Made by a program: the position numbers and the translations under genes. From an uncultured Gammaproteobacteria bacterium (GTDB lineage: Bacteria; Patescibacteriota; Microgenomatia; UBA10105; UBA927), in the NCBI GenBank assembly GCA_964349125.1, contig CAYGFH010000003.1, positions 103,194-167,193 of the forward strand: 64,000 bases of DNA. The letters run 5' to 3'. A model generated the notes under the pieces. It made no database searches and was not told the origin of the DNA. It worked only from the letters and a program-made list of their open reading frames with translations. Shown in pieces: positions 1 to 10,099 of the stretch. Position 1 is the first letter of the stretch. Each line of letters starts with the position of its first letter.

Positions 1-2
1 AA

Positions 3-359
3 GTGTACGGAAAAGTGAGCGCAGTTGACACGAAAGAGTTCACAATTTCGGTAGAGACTGCAGAAAAGCAGACCTATGTCATAGATATTGAAAAGTACAC
101 AGTGGTTTCTGCGTTCTCATCCGGCGGTGGCATAGCAAAAAGCGGATTTTCGAAAATAGAAACGGGCCATAGCGTGTTTGTGAGCGGTACAAAAAATACA
201 AAAATAGATAACAGACTGAGTGCCGACCGAATATTAAATATCGGAAATATGTCAGGAGAAACACCGACACCCACGGAAGAGCCCGCACCGACTGCAAGCG
301 CAAGTGCGTCACCTACCACGACCAAGAAAATAACGCCTACACCCACAGTAAAGAAGTAA
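3..359 (+). CDS. Hypothetical protein, 5'-truncated at the window edge, with a Pro/Thr-rich C-terminal tail
   Basis: ORF runs off the window start. The C-terminus is low-complexity PT-rich, like a secreted or cell-surface linker. No recognisable catalytic motif. Confidence 0.4.
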   Translation: MYGKVSAVDTKEFTISVETAEKQTYVIDIEKYTVVSAFSSGGGIAKSGFSKIETGHSVFVSGTKNTKIDNRLSADRILNIGNMSGETPTPTEEPAPTASASASPTTTKKITPTPTVKK

Positions 360-367
360 GATATCGT

Positions 368-679
368 ATGAAAACTGATGTGCAGGAAACCTATCCATCT
401 CCAGAGATTACCGATCTCGTCAGCGCACTACGAGCATGTACAACAGATAAAGAAGCTTCAAATTTCCTCCGTGATTTACTCACCATAGCTGAATTGAAAG
501 AGTTTGCCAATCGCTGGCAAATGGTAAAAATGCTATACCAGGGACTCTCCTACGCCGCTATAGCACAGAAACTTCAGACATCCACAACAACTGTAACCCG
601 CGTCGCCCACTGGCTCAATAATGGCATGGGTGGATACAAAACAGTTGCCAATCGCCTCTTTCCAAAAAAATCTAAGTAG
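368..679 (+). CDS. TrpR-like HTH protein (YerC/YecD family)
   Basis: 103 aa; HTH-like segment LSYAAIAQKLQTSTTTVTRVAHWL and overall Trp-repressor-like layout. A paralog lies at 41918-42367. Confidence 0.55.
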   Translation: MKTDVQETYPSPEITDLVSALRACTTDKEASNFLRDLLTIAELKEFANRWQMVKMLYQGLSYAAIAQKLQTSTTTVTRVAHWLNNGMGGYKTVANRLFPKKSK

Positions 680-735
680 ACCCTCATATAATCAATCTCC
701 CTTTTTACGTACGTATGACACACAGAGGTTTACTG

Positions 736-764
736 TTGACATATTCATGTTAACGTGTTAATAT
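736..764 (+). promoter_or_regulatory. Sigma70-type promoter for the his leader and operon
   Basis: TTGACA at 736-741, a 17 nt spacer, then TAATAT at 759-764. Both hexamers are near consensus. Confidence 0.55.
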
Positions 765-770
765 GCTAAT

Positions 771-1030
771 ACAAACGGAAAGCGTTGCAGTGGAGTCACG
801 ATCCACAATTTCGACTAACATCGAAAACGCAGACAGCCAAAAAGCTGTACGGAAGTTTGACCGTAAAATATAACACCCAGTGTCGCCAACTGCGGAGCTG
901 GACAGAGAGTCCCGACAGAAACGTCGGGAAACAAGGATGGGACCGCGGGAGCAAACCTCTCGTTCCTTTTTATCACAGCGACTGGTTGTTGTGGTGAAAA
1001 AGAACGAGAGGTTTTTTGGTGGCTGTAGCT
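771..1030 (+). promoter_or_regulatory. T-box riboswitch leader, probably tRNA-His responsive, upstream of hisG
   Basis: AAACAAGGATGGGACCGCGGGAG at ~929-952 resembles the T-box consensus AAnnnGGGUGGnACCGCGG. The bulge reads UGGG, which would pair with the CCCA 3' end of tRNA-His (discriminator C73). A candidate CAC specifier sits at ~808. A terminator hairpin follows. Confidence 0.55.
956..1019 (+). terminator. Intrinsic terminator of the T-box leader
   Basis: CCTCTCGTTCCTTTTT ... AAAAAGAACGAGAGG stem followed by TTTTTTGG. Confidence 0.6.
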
Positions 1031-1116
1031 CAAAAGTAGAGTGCCCCGTTGTGAACGGGAGTGTAGCGGGGGCAGTACCCGTCAGTCACCCATACAAACG
1101 TAACTGGTCTAAACCT

Positions 1117-1998
1117 ATGAAAAGCAACACACTAAAAATAGCGGTGCAAAAAAGCGGACGCCTATCGGATGGTTCGCTTGAGTTCCTGCGCAAATCCGGT
1201 CTTGATTTTGAAAGTTATACAAAACGGCTATTGTGCCGTTGCCGTAATTTCCCGCTTGCAATACTCTATGTGCGTGATGATGATATAGCCGGCTACGTTG
1301 CGTCCGGTGTGGCTGATATCGGGATTCTTGGGCAGAATCTGTTATACGAGCTGCGTCCAGCTGTAAAGAAACTGTTAAATCTGCGTTTTGGCCCCTGTGC
1401 CCTTTCCATCGCGGTTCCAAACACCTCGCCAATACGGGAAATATCCCAACTGAAAGACACGACTATAGCCACAAGCTATCCTATTTCTACTCGGGCGTTT
1501 TTGGATAAAAACGGGATATCCGCAACCATTATCACGCTCTCCGGCTCTGTGGAAATTGCACCGACTCTCGGGATTGCAGATGCTGTGTGTGATCTGATAT
1601 CGACAGGCAGCACACTGACTGTCAATGATTTGCGTCAGATACAGACTGTGTACACATCGGAAGCAGTCCTGATTGCAAATCCTAAAGCCCTGAAATCCGC
1701 CGATAAGACTCCCCTATTGTCGCGATTACTTATGCGGTTTGAAAGTGTCCTGTCTGCGAAAAATTACAAGTACATTTCCATGACTGCCCCGAATATATAC
1801 ATACGGAAAATCAACAGATTGCTCTCGGGCATACCATCATCCACAACAATCACACCGATTTCCGGAGAAATCGCGAGTATGCAAACCGTTATAACGGAGG
1901 ATCGTCTCTGGGAAACAGTGGAGAAGATTCAATCCCTTGGCGTTTCAAAAATTATTGTCACACCGGTCGAAAATATTATTTCCAAAGGAGGAATATGA
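1117..1998 (+). CDS. hisG: ATP phosphoribosyltransferase, long form
   Basis: MKSNTLKIAVQKSGRL... is a typical HisG N-terminus. About 293 aa including the C-terminal regulatory domain. The ORF-track extension from 880 is leader RNA, not coding. Confidence 0.9.
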   Translation: MKSNTLKIAVQKSGRLSDGSLEFLRKSGLDFESYTKRLLCRCRNFPLAILYVRDDDIAGYVASGVADIGILGQNLLYELRPAVKKLLNLRFGPCALSIAVPNTSPIREISQLKDTTIATSYPISTRAFLDKNGISATIITLSGSVEIAPTLGIADAVCDLISTGSTLTVNDLRQIQTVYTSEAVLIANPKALKSADKTPLLSRLLMRFESVLSAKNYKYISMTAPNIYIRKINRLLSGIPSSTTITPISGEIASMQTVITEDRLWETVEKIQSLGVSKIIVTPVENIISKGGI

Positions 1999-3284
1999 AA
2001 GTCACACAACTGAGGTCACTGTCAGGAAAAGAATATACACGGATAGTCGCCCGCTCGCTTGGGACTAACAACGATATCATGCCCCAGGTTCAAAACATTC
2101 TGGATACCGTGAAAAAAAATGGAGACCGTGCACTGCTGTCGAAATACCAGTCACGGTATGGTGCTGACGTATACACCTCCATACAGGTTACACCAGGTGA
2201 GATACGGGAGGCATACAGCCGAACCACCAAGGAAACGATTCGCGCACTCACGCAAATGAGAAAAAATATAACTGCGGTGCACTCCGCACAGTTACCAAAA
2301 AAAACGGATACGGTTGTTGCAACCGAACCGGGCATTTCGGTGTGGAGAGAGTGGCGCCCGATTGAAAAAGTCGGTTTATACATACCCGGTGGGAAAGCGA
2401 TTTACCCATCGTCGGTACTGATGAGCGCCATACCCGCACAGATTGCAGGGTGCTCTGAAATAGTACTCTGTTCCCCTCCAGACCGAAACGGGAAGATGCC
2501 CTCTACAACAGTTGTGGCGGCAGACATGCTGGGCATTACCAAGCTGTACAAGATAGGCGGAGCGGAAGCAATTGCAGCCATGACATACGGGACAGAGACA
2601 GTGCCCGCCGTATACAAACTGTTTGGTGCGGGGAACTCCTATGTGACAGCAGCAAAAATGTTGGCATTCGGGAAAGTGGCGATAGATATGCCGGCCGGGC
2701 CTTCGGAAATATTCATCATTGCGGATGAATCGGCAAACCCCGCATATATCGGGGCAGACCTTTTAGCTGACGGTGAACACGGAGAGGATTCCGCGTGTGT
2801 GCTTCTGACTACCAGTCGACGAATCGCCGAGGAAACAATTCGTGAAATTACGAAACAACTCAAATCGCTTCCCACGGCATCGCGCGCCCGCGAATCGATC
2901 AGACGGTACGGATTGTTTGCGGTGGCCCGATCGATTGAGGAAGCAATTGCATTTACCAACGTGTATGCGCCGGAGCACTTGGAAATTATTACCAAGAGAC
3001 CGCGCAGTGTGGTGAAACAAATTGTAAATGCAGGATCGGTATTTGTCGGGGCGTATACCAGTAAAGCAACCGGAGACTACGCCACGGGGGCTAACCACGT
3101 ATTACCCACGGGAGGGATGGCAAAAATGTATCCTCCCTTGGGAGTGGACGCGTATGGCAAATGGATGCAGGTGCAGTCATGCAGTAAAAAAGGTTTGTCC
3201 ACCATACGCCGTACCATCGAAACGATTGCCATGGTTGAAGAATTACCGGCTCACAAAAATTCTGTCAGTGTCAGATTTGAATAA
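1995..3284 (+). CDS. hisD: Histidinol dehydrogenase
   Basis: 429 aa with HisD hallmarks. GGAGG RBS. Start overlaps the hisG stop. Confidence 0.92.
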   Translation: MKVTQLRSLSGKEYTRIVARSLGTNNDIMPQVQNILDTVKKNGDRALLSKYQSRYGADVYTSIQVTPGEIREAYSRTTKETIRALTQMRKNITAVHSAQLPKKTDTVVATEPGISVWREWRPIEKVGLYIPGGKAIYPSSVLMSAIPAQIAGCSEIVLCSPPDRNGKMPSTTVVAADMLGITKLYKIGGAEAIAAMTYGTETVPAVYKLFGAGNSYVTAAKMLAFGKVAIDMPAGPSEIFIIADESANPAYIGADLLADGEHGEDSACVLLTTSRRIAEETIREITKQLKSLPTASRARESIRRYGLFAVARSIEEAIAFTNVYAPEHLEIITKRPRSVVKQIVNAGSVFVGAYTSKATGDYATGANHVLPTGGMAKMYPPLGVDAYGKWMQVQSCSKKGLSTIRRTIETIAMVEELPAHKNSVSVRFE

Positions 3285-3291
3285 CAAAACT

Positions 3292-4359
3292 ATGAAACAG
3301 TGTGTACCAATACTATCGAAAATAGCCCGTCAGGCAAGCCCATATATCTGGGAGGAGCCATCGGAGGAAGAATCAGTGCGGTTTGACGCAAATACCATGC
3401 CTTCCCCTCCTCCCAGTGCGGCAGGATTTATGCGCAGAAACGGCGCTGATATTCCCGTGAATGAGTATGCAGATCCCGGATATACGGGAATCAGACGGGA
3501 GATTGCCTCGTATGAACAAACAGACGTGGATACAATAACCATTACCAACAGTGGCGATGAAGCTATAGACATACTGGCAAAAGCGTTTTTAAATCCCGGA
3601 GATCTGTATGTCACTACCCCACCGACCTATGAAATGTATGAGATTCAATGTCGCGCAAACGGAGGAGTGATGCGGGAAGTGCCGCTTACGCGAACATTTG
3701 CAGTGAATGAAAAAGAATTAATCAGGCAGTCCAGAGACAAAAAAACTAAACTGCTGTTTCTGACCAATCCCAATAATCCGACAGGCTCTGTTATCCCTGA
3801 GGGTACGCTTAGGCGAATCATACAAAATGCCGCGTGTGCGGTCGTGGTTGATGAAGTGTACCGTGAGTTTTACGGATACAGTGTAGTTGGGCTCATTGCA
3901 CAGAATCCGAACCTTATTGTCCTTCGCAGTTTATCCAAATTTGCAGGCCTCGCCGGTGCCCGTGTGGGATACCTGATTGCGTCTCCCACGCTCACTCAAA
4001 CATTCACAGCGATAAAGTTACCCATGGGAGTGAGTTCTCTCTCGGCGCTGTTGGCGGAAATGGTGCTTAGAAATGACAGAGCATGGATACGGGAGCAAAT
4101 TGCCATGATCATATCTGAGCGAACAACAATGGCCACCCGACTGACCGCACTCGGTTTTTTTGTATACCCGTCTGCGGCAAATTTTCTTTTGGTCAATATG
4201 GGTACTCGAGCGTCTGATATATGCCTCAGGTTAAAAGCAAAAGGAATTCTGGTCCGTGACCGCAGTGGTTTGCCGTATCTACGTGGCTGTGTCCGGATAT
4301 CTGTCCGAAGTCCTGGAGAGAATGCGTTCTTACTCACGTCAGTACAGGAGCTCTTATGA
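3292..4359 (+). CDS. hisC: Histidinol-phosphate aminotransferase
   Basis: Class II PLP aminotransferase in its operon position. Start taken at the internal ATG (MKQCVPIL); the longer ORF from 3028 overlaps hisD. Confidence 0.85.
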   Translation: MKQCVPILSKIARQASPYIWEEPSEEESVRFDANTMPSPPPSAAGFMRRNGADIPVNEYADPGYTGIRREIASYEQTDVDTITITNSGDEAIDILAKAFLNPGDLYVTTPPTYEMYEIQCRANGGVMREVPLTRTFAVNEKELIRQSRDKKTKLLFLTNPNNPTGSVIPEGTLRRIIQNAACAVVVDEVYREFYGYSVVGLIAQNPNLIVLRSLSKFAGLAGARVGYLIASPTLTQTFTAIKLPMGVSSLSALLAEMVLRNDRAWIREQIAMIISERTTMATRLTALGFFVYPSAANFLLVNMGTRASDICLRLKAKGILVRDRSGLPYLRGCVRISVRSPGENAFLLTSVQELL

Positions 4360-5066
4360 AACAGCAATTCGACAGCATTATTTTTGATATGGATGGCGTG
4401 CTGGTATCCAACAGCTCGTATATACAGGCAATTAAAAAAACTGTAGCGCAATACTGTCCCGGGACTGACATGCCAACAGAGTATATTGAGGAAATTAAAT
4501 CCATCACGGGATTTAATAACGATTGGGACACATCGTATGCACTCATACAACTGCTTGGCAGTAACGTACCCGTTGGACGGTTTGCTTCCCAGGTCAATCG
4601 CATCACGGACGAAGTAAGGGCTGCTCCCTTCTACCGAATCATGAGGGATACATTCCAATCGTATTATCTTGGAGACAATAATTCCGGATTTATTGCCACA
4701 GAAACTCTGCTTATTGGGCTTCCAGTCGTGCAACGTCTTTCCCGCTATTATACATTGGGTATCGCAACATCCAGACCGCGATATGAAGCGGTATTTGCGG
4801 CGACGAACCTCAGGATTTCCCCATACTATATCCCTATAGACTTCATCGTGGCAAAGGAGGATGCCCCGCGCGAAAAACCGTTTCCTGATCCGCTCATTCT
4901 CGCCAAAAACCGTATGGGTGTTTCAAAGCCAATCTATATCGGCGATACCATCAACGATACCGTCGCAGCTGCGGCGGCCGGGATGCCGTGCATATATGTG
5001 GGAAAACGGGACTTGGGAGACTTTCAGATACAAAATCCTAATCAAATTACGGAGGTGCTTCTATGA
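4356..5066 (+). CDS. HAD-superfamily hydrolase, putative histidinol-phosphatase
   Basis: N-terminal FDMDGVL HAD motif I. Its position between hisC and hisB suggests the missing phosphatase step. Confidence 0.6.
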   Translation: MKQQFDSIIFDMDGVLVSNSSYIQAIKKTVAQYCPGTDMPTEYIEEIKSITGFNNDWDTSYALIQLLGSNVPVGRFASQVNRITDEVRAAPFYRIMRDTFQSYYLGDNNSGFIATETLLIGLPVVQRLSRYYTLGIATSRPRYEAVFAATNLRISPYYIPIDFIVAKEDAPREKPFPDPLILAKNRMGVSKPIYIGDTINDTVAAAAAGMPCIYVGKRDLGDFQIQNPNQITEVLL

Positions 5067-5656
5067 CAAAACGAACCGGTACGGTAAGCAGAAAAACAAA
5101 TGAAACGGATATCAGTGTGTCTATCTGCCTGGATGGCACGGGAGTACGGGAGGTATCCATACCGAACGGATTTCTCACGCACATGCTCGATTGTTTTGCC
5201 CTGCAGGGAGTATTTGATCTCACGGTCAGGGCGGTTGGTGACACCTACATAGATGAACACCACACAGTTGAGGATATAGGGATTGTACTGGGGCAATCAT
5301 TTGCCAAAGCCATTGGAGATAAAAAAGGAATCATAAGATATGGATTCTTTATCCTGCCAATGGATGAGGCAGTTGCCACGGTCGCTGTGGACTGCGCCGG
5401 AAGATACGCGTTCACGATGGATTGTCCCTTCACGCGCGAAACGGTCGGTGATCTTGCGACTGAACTGGTCTACGATTTTTGGAATGCATTCGCCCAGAGT
5501 GCAAAGATCAATCTGTACATTCGTGTGGAAAACGGCAGAAATGATCACCACAAAATAGAGGCAGTATTTAAATGCGTCGCGCGGGCACTCTCTATGGCAG
5601 TATCACGCGATAGCAGACGAAGGAGAGAGATCCCTTCGACGAAAGGAACATTGTGA
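5063..5656 (+). CDS. hisB: Imidazoleglycerol-phosphate dehydratase
   Basis: IGPD motifs (HMLD, DEHHTVEDIGIVLG). 197 aa. Confidence 0.9.
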   Translation: MTKRTGTVSRKTNETDISVSICLDGTGVREVSIPNGFLTHMLDCFALQGVFDLTVRAVGDTYIDEHHTVEDIGIVLGQSFAKAIGDKKGIIRYGFFILPMDEAVATVAVDCAGRYAFTMDCPFTRETVGDLATELVYDFWNAFAQSAKINLYIRVENGRNDHHKIEAVFKCVARALSMAVSRDSRRRREIPSTKGTL

Positions 5657-6267
5657 TAACAATTATTGATTATGGAGTCGGCAATATCGGGAGCCTGTGC
5701 AATATGCTTGATCGCATAGGGCAGCCGTATGTCATAGGCAATACTCCGGAGAGCATTATGAGCGCGTCCGCGCTCATTCTCCCCGGCGTGGGGGCAGCGG
5801 GCGTGGGAATGGAATATCTAAAGCGGAGCGGTCTTGATGCTGCAATCAAGCGTGCTATCGCCAGTGGCACTCCTTTTTTGGGCATCTGTCTTGGGATGCA
5901 GCTGTTGTTTGATACCAGTGAAGAAAACGGGACTGACTGCATGGGGATACTGAAAGGATCGGTAAAGAAATTCCGAATAGAGCGCAAAGTGCCGCAGATC
6001 GGATGGAATGATGTGATACCGAACAGGGAAAATCCAAACGCGGTGAAACTGTTTACAGGAATACCGGATGGTAGCGCGTTTTATTATGTGAACAGTTTCT
6101 ACCCTGATCCGTCAGACAGCACAATAACCGCTGCCACATCGGTATACGGTGAAACATTTGCAGCAGTTGTTGCAACTGATTCTATAGTAGCAACACAATT
6201 CCATCCGGAAAAAAGCGGTGAAGTTGGGCTCAAGTTTATAAAAAATTTTATGAAGGAGTATGTATGA
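5653..6267 (+). CDS. hisH: Imidazole glycerol phosphate synthase, glutamine amidotransferase subunit
   Basis: Class I GATase; GICLGMQLL catalytic Cys motif. Confidence 0.9.
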   Translation: MITIIDYGVGNIGSLCNMLDRIGQPYVIGNTPESIMSASALILPGVGAAGVGMEYLKRSGLDAAIKRAIASGTPFLGICLGMQLLFDTSEENGTDCMGILKGSVKKFRIERKVPQIGWNDVIPNRENPNAVKLFTGIPDGSAFYYVNSFYPDPSDSTITAATSVYGETFAAVVATDSIVATQFHPEKSGEVGLKFIKNFMKEYV

Positions 6268-7028
6268 CAACGAAACGAATAATCCCTTGCCTGGATATGA
6301 CAGAAGGCAAAGTAGTAAAAGGTATACAGTTTATCAATTTTCGCGACGCCGGGGATCCTGTGCTGCTTGCAAAGCAGTACAGTGAGACGGGTGCGGACGA
6401 ATTGGTATTTCTGGATATCACAGCCACTACACAAAACAGACCGATACTGCTGGATGTGGTATCACGCACTGCTCAAAACGTGACTATCCCCTTTTCTGTC
6501 GGCGGGGGTATCCGGACAGTCGATGATATGCGCCAGATTTTGCGTGCCGGAGCTGACAAGGTATCGGTAAACACCGGCGCGGTGGTAAATCCTCAATTGA
6601 TCACGGACTGCGCAAAGACATTCGGATCGCAGTGTGTCGTGTTATCACTGGATGCGAAAGAGGTTCGGCCCGGCAAGTGGAATGCGTTTATCGAGGGTGG
6701 TATGAAAGATTCCGGCCGTGATGCCGTCTCCTGGGCGAAAGAAGCTGCACTTCTGGGAGCCGGGGAAATACTCCTGACCAGCATAGATCAGGATGGTACA
6801 AAGAAAGGGTTTAATGTGGCGCTCACAGCACAGGTATCGGCTCAGGTACCCGTACCTGTTATCGCATCCGGCGGCGCCGGAAGGAAAGAAGATTTCCGAG
6901 ATATCTTTACAGAGGGCATGGCAGATGCAGCGCTGGCAGCATCGCTCTTTCACTTTGGTGAATTAACCATCCGCGAACTCAAAGAGTATCTGGACGAAAA
7001 TAGCATTCCAATCAGGAGGATAGTATGA
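6264..7028 (+). CDS. hisF: Imidazole glycerol phosphate synthase, cyclase subunit
   Basis: [12 protein letters not shown]... is a typical HisF N-terminus. 254 aa TIM barrel. Confidence 0.92.
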   Translation: MTTKRIIPCLDMTEGKVVKGIQFINFRDAGDPVLLAKQYSETGADELVFLDITATTQNRPILLDVVSRTAQNVTIPFSVGGGIRTVDDMRQILRAGADKVSVNTGAVVNPQLITDCAKTFGSQCVVLSLDAKEVRPGKWNAFIEGGMKDSGRDAVSWAKEAALLGAGEILLTSIDQDGTKKGFNVALTAQVSAQVPVPVIASGGAGRKEDFRDIFTEGMADAALAASLFHFGELTIRELKEYLDENSIPIRRIV

Positions 7029-7357
7029 ATCCTCCGACCGTACGATATTCAGCCGCCGACGGCTTAGTACCTGCCATCATCCAGGACACGCAGTCACGCG
7101 AAGTGCTGATGCTTGGATACATGAACGCTAAGTCACTGGAGTTGTCCACTACAACTGGATATGTCTATTTCTACAGCCGCAGCCGTGGCAGGCTCTGGAA
7201 AAAGGGTGAGACGTCAGGCAATCTGCTTAAAATTGATGCGATATCCATCGACTGCGATAGTGATACGCTGCTCATTGAAGCTACCCTTTGTGGCGCTGCA
7301 GTCTGTCACACAGGAAGTCTGTCCTGTTTCTTTACACCAATCGGGAGGGATGTATGA
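7025..7357 (+). CDS. hisI: Phosphoribosyl-AMP cyclohydrolase
   Basis: 110 aa with HisI conserved motifs. ATGA overlap with the next gene. Confidence 0.8.
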   Translation: MNPPTVRYSAADGLVPAIIQDTQSREVLMLGYMNAKSLELSTTTGYVYFYSRSRGRLWKKGETSGNLLKIDAISIDCDSDTLLIEATLCGAAVCHTGSLSCFFTPIGRDV

Positions 7358-7632
7358 CACTCGCGAAGCTCTATACTATCGTGAAATCACGGGCAAAGGA
7401 AAACCCGTGTGGATCCTATGTGACATCTCTGTTTATTTCCGGTCGTGACAGGATAATTCAGAAAGTGGGAGAAGAAGCCTGCGAGGTCCTGATCGCCGCG
7501 AAGAATACAGATAAAAAGCGGCAAATTGAAGAGATCAGCGATCTGCTGTTTCACGTACTGGTACTACTGGTTTCCCTTAATATCCCCCTTTCGTCGGTTT
7601 GGGATGAATTGGAGCGCAGAAACAATACGTAG
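7354..7632 (+). CDS. hisE: Phosphoribosyl-ATP pyrophosphatase
   Basis: ~92 aa MazG-like HisE starting MTLAKLY. ORF track gives 7288, but the ATG at 7354 overlaps the hisI stop. Confidence 0.75.
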   Translation: MTLAKLYTIVKSRAKENPCGSYVTSLFISGRDRIIQKVGEEACEVLIAAKNTDKKRQIEEISDLLFHVLVLLVSLNIPLSSVWDELERRNNT

Positions 7633-7656
7633 AGCCATGATATACTACAAAAATAT

Positions 7657-8727
7657 ATGAATCCTCTCCTGATTTCCAATCCCACAAATATCCGGTATCT
7701 GACGGGATTTGTGGGGGCATCTCCTACTGAGCGGGAAGCGTACGTGCTCCAGGCAAATAACAGGATTTACCTGTTTATCAACCCGCTCTACCGGGAAGAG
7801 GCTAAAGACTGCGAAGCACGTGTAGTCAACTGCACTGCAATTGAGGTATCCAGAGATCACCCGTTTTCCCGGGAACTTGCGTTGATCTGTGAAAAAGAAT
7901 CGATCCAGAAATTGGATTTTGAGGAGGATGATTTGAATGTTTCAGAGTATGAGACACTGAAAAACGCGCTCAAGAGAACAACGCTCATTCACAGCAGACA
8001 ACGCATAGAAAAGATCAGGCAGATCAAACGGCCTGATGAAATCGCATCTATACAAAAAGCGGCAGAGTTGACAGACGCATGTTTTAGAGCAATCGTACAA
8101 TTACTAAAACCAGGTGTTACAGAATCAAAAATTGTTTCTGAGATAGAATATTTTTTCAAGAAGCACGGACATGAGAGCGCATTTTCCCCCATCGTAGCAT
8201 TTGGGAAAAACACGAGCAAACCGCATTATAATAGCCTGTCCGACGGCGCCAGAAAATTTCAAAGCTTAGCTTTAAAATCAAGTGATATGGTGCTTCTGGA
8301 TTTTGGCGCAAAGGTAAACGGATACTGCGCCGATATGACCCGCATGGTATTCCTTGGCTCACCCATACCACAATGGCAAACCGCATACGATGCGTTGCTC
8401 GCAGCTCAAACGCATGCACTATCGCTCCTGTCTTCGGGAGAGCGAAACGGAGCCAAAATCGACAACGAGACCAGAAAGATTATTGAACATGCTTCTCTGC
8501 CGACCTATCCGCATAGTCTCGGACATGCGTTGGGCCTGGATATACATGAAACTCCTCGGCTATATAAAAATATTGATGAAGAGATACAGACAAATATGGT
8601 CATAACCATAGAGCCGGGCGTCTACGTTGACGGCGAATTCGGGATGAGGATTGAGGATACGGTACATATCACAAATTCCGGTATCGAAATATTGACACGC
8701 ACACCAAAGGAACTACTTGTTATATAA
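7657..8727 (+). CDS. M24 family Xaa-Pro aminopeptidase
   Basis: Creatinase/prolidase N-terminal region plus M24 metal ligands (HGHESAF..., HSLGHALGLDIHE). Confidence 0.85.
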   Translation: MNPLLISNPTNIRYLTGFVGASPTEREAYVLQANNRIYLFINPLYREEAKDCEARVVNCTAIEVSRDHPFSRELALICEKESIQKLDFEEDDLNVSEYETLKNALKRTTLIHSRQRIEKIRQIKRPDEIASIQKAAELTDACFRAIVQLLKPGVTESKIVSEIEYFFKKHGHESAFSPIVAFGKNTSKPHYNSLSDGARKFQSLALKSSDMVLLDFGAKVNGYCADMTRMVFLGSPIPQWQTAYDALLAAQTHALSLLSSGERNGAKIDNETRKIIEHASLPTYPHSLGHALGLDIHETPRLYKNIDEEIQTNMVITIEPGVYVDGEFGMRIEDTVHITNSGIEILTRTPKELLVI

Positions 8728-8780
8728 TATATGAGATTGCCACGCCGTATGAACGGACTCGCAATGACAACAATAAACAT

Positions 8781-9986
8781 ATGATTACACCACAAACATT
8801 AAAAGGATTTCGGGATTTTTTGCCAAAGGATGCGATCAAGCGGCAGTACGCCATACATATCATCCGGAAAACGTTTGAACTGTACGGATTTGAGCCCCTT
8901 GAAACTCCCGCGCTTGAGTATCTCGAGACATTTTCCGGCAACATCGGCGAGGATGAAAAACTGTTTTTCAAATTTGAGGACCAGGGCGGACGCAAAGTGG
9001 CGCTCCGATATGATCAGACAGTACCGACCTGCCGTGTGATCGCACAGTATCCAGAAGAAATAAAACTGCCATTTAAGCGCTATCAGATCCAGACTGTGTG
9101 GAGAAGTGAAAAACCGCAGAAAGGACGATTCCGCGAGTTTTTACAGTGTGATGCCGATATCTTTGGCGTAGATAACAGAACAGCAGACGCAGAAACGGTC
9201 GCCCTGACGATTCAGATTTTCAAAAACCTTGGATTCAAGCGGCCGATTGCCCTTATTAACGACCGTGCACTCTATGCCGGCGTTCCCTATGAAGCGATCG
9301 TTGCCATCGATAAACTGGCAAAAATCGGCGACGAAGGTGTGGTCAAAGAACTGGTCCAAAAAGGATATTCGAAGGAAGATGCCGAGAAGCTGCTGTCTGA
9401 TACAAAAAATAAGAAGCCCAACGCCGAATTACAAAAGATATTTGATTACCTGGATACCTACGGGATGAAAGATAATTACCGTTTCGAGCCGACGCTCGCA
9501 CGGTCTTTTTCCTACTCCACCGGAACAATTTGGGAAATCATAGATGAAAATTTCCCCACCGGGTCACTCTGCGGTTGTGAGCGCTTTGACAGTTTGGTCG
9601 GCAGATTTTCTAAAAGAAACGTTCCCGGCGTCGGCTTTGCCGTCGGATTTGACAGGACGCTGGTGGCGATGGAAGACCTGAATCTGTTCCCCCCGCTTAC
9701 CACAACCACAGATGTTGTGGTCACGATTTTTGCACCGGAGCTGCTCAAAAACGCCCAGGAAATTACGATGAAACTTCGCGCTGCGGGTATTGCCACCGAT
9801 ATCTATCCTGACTGTGACGTAAAGCTCGATAAGCAGATGAAATATGCGGACAATAAAGGCGTGCGCTACCTGATCGTACAGGGACCTGATGAGGCCGGTC
9901 GTGGCGTGGTAAAACTGAAGACCATGGCGACCAGACAGCAGGATGAACTGACCATTGAGCAGGTGATAGAAAAATTAAAAAAATAG
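8781..9986 (+). CDS. hisS: Histidyl-tRNA synthetase
   Basis: GFRDFLP motif, class II motif 2 (WRSEKPQKGRFREFLQCD) and a C-terminal anticodon-binding domain. Motif 3 is degenerate (CGCERFD). Confidence 0.8.
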   Translation: MITPQTLKGFRDFLPKDAIKRQYAIHIIRKTFELYGFEPLETPALEYLETFSGNIGEDEKLFFKFEDQGGRKVALRYDQTVPTCRVIAQYPEEIKLPFKRYQIQTVWRSEKPQKGRFREFLQCDADIFGVDNRTADAETVALTIQIFKNLGFKRPIALINDRALYAGVPYEAIVAIDKLAKIGDEGVVKELVQKGYSKEDAEKLLSDTKNKKPNAELQKIFDYLDTYGMKDNYRFEPTLARSFSYSTGTIWEIIDENFPTGSLCGCERFDSLVGRFSKRNVPGVGFAVGFDRTLVAMEDLNLFPPLTTTTDVVVTIFAPELLKNAQEITMKLRAAGIATDIYPDCDVKLDKQMKYADNKGVRYLIVQGPDEAGRGVVKLKTMATRQQDELTIEQVIEKLKK

Positions 9987-10099
9987 ATACATCCCTACCA
10001 GAAAATCCCTAAGTAGTATATTGTTATATACGGAGGGGTTGAGATTGCTTCATCACCTTCGAGAATCTCAGGATTCTTCGCAATGACATACATACTATT

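Noticed and set aside
880-1116. N-terminal 79 aa extension of the hisG ORF in the six-frame track
   Set aside because: The region is Arg-rich junk in translation and contains the T-box motif and terminator. The canonical HisG N-terminus MKSNTLKIAV starts at 1117.
3028-3291. Upstream 88 aa extension of hisC
   Set aside because: It overlaps the 3' end of hisD in another frame. The conserved aminotransferase sequence begins at the ATG at 3292.
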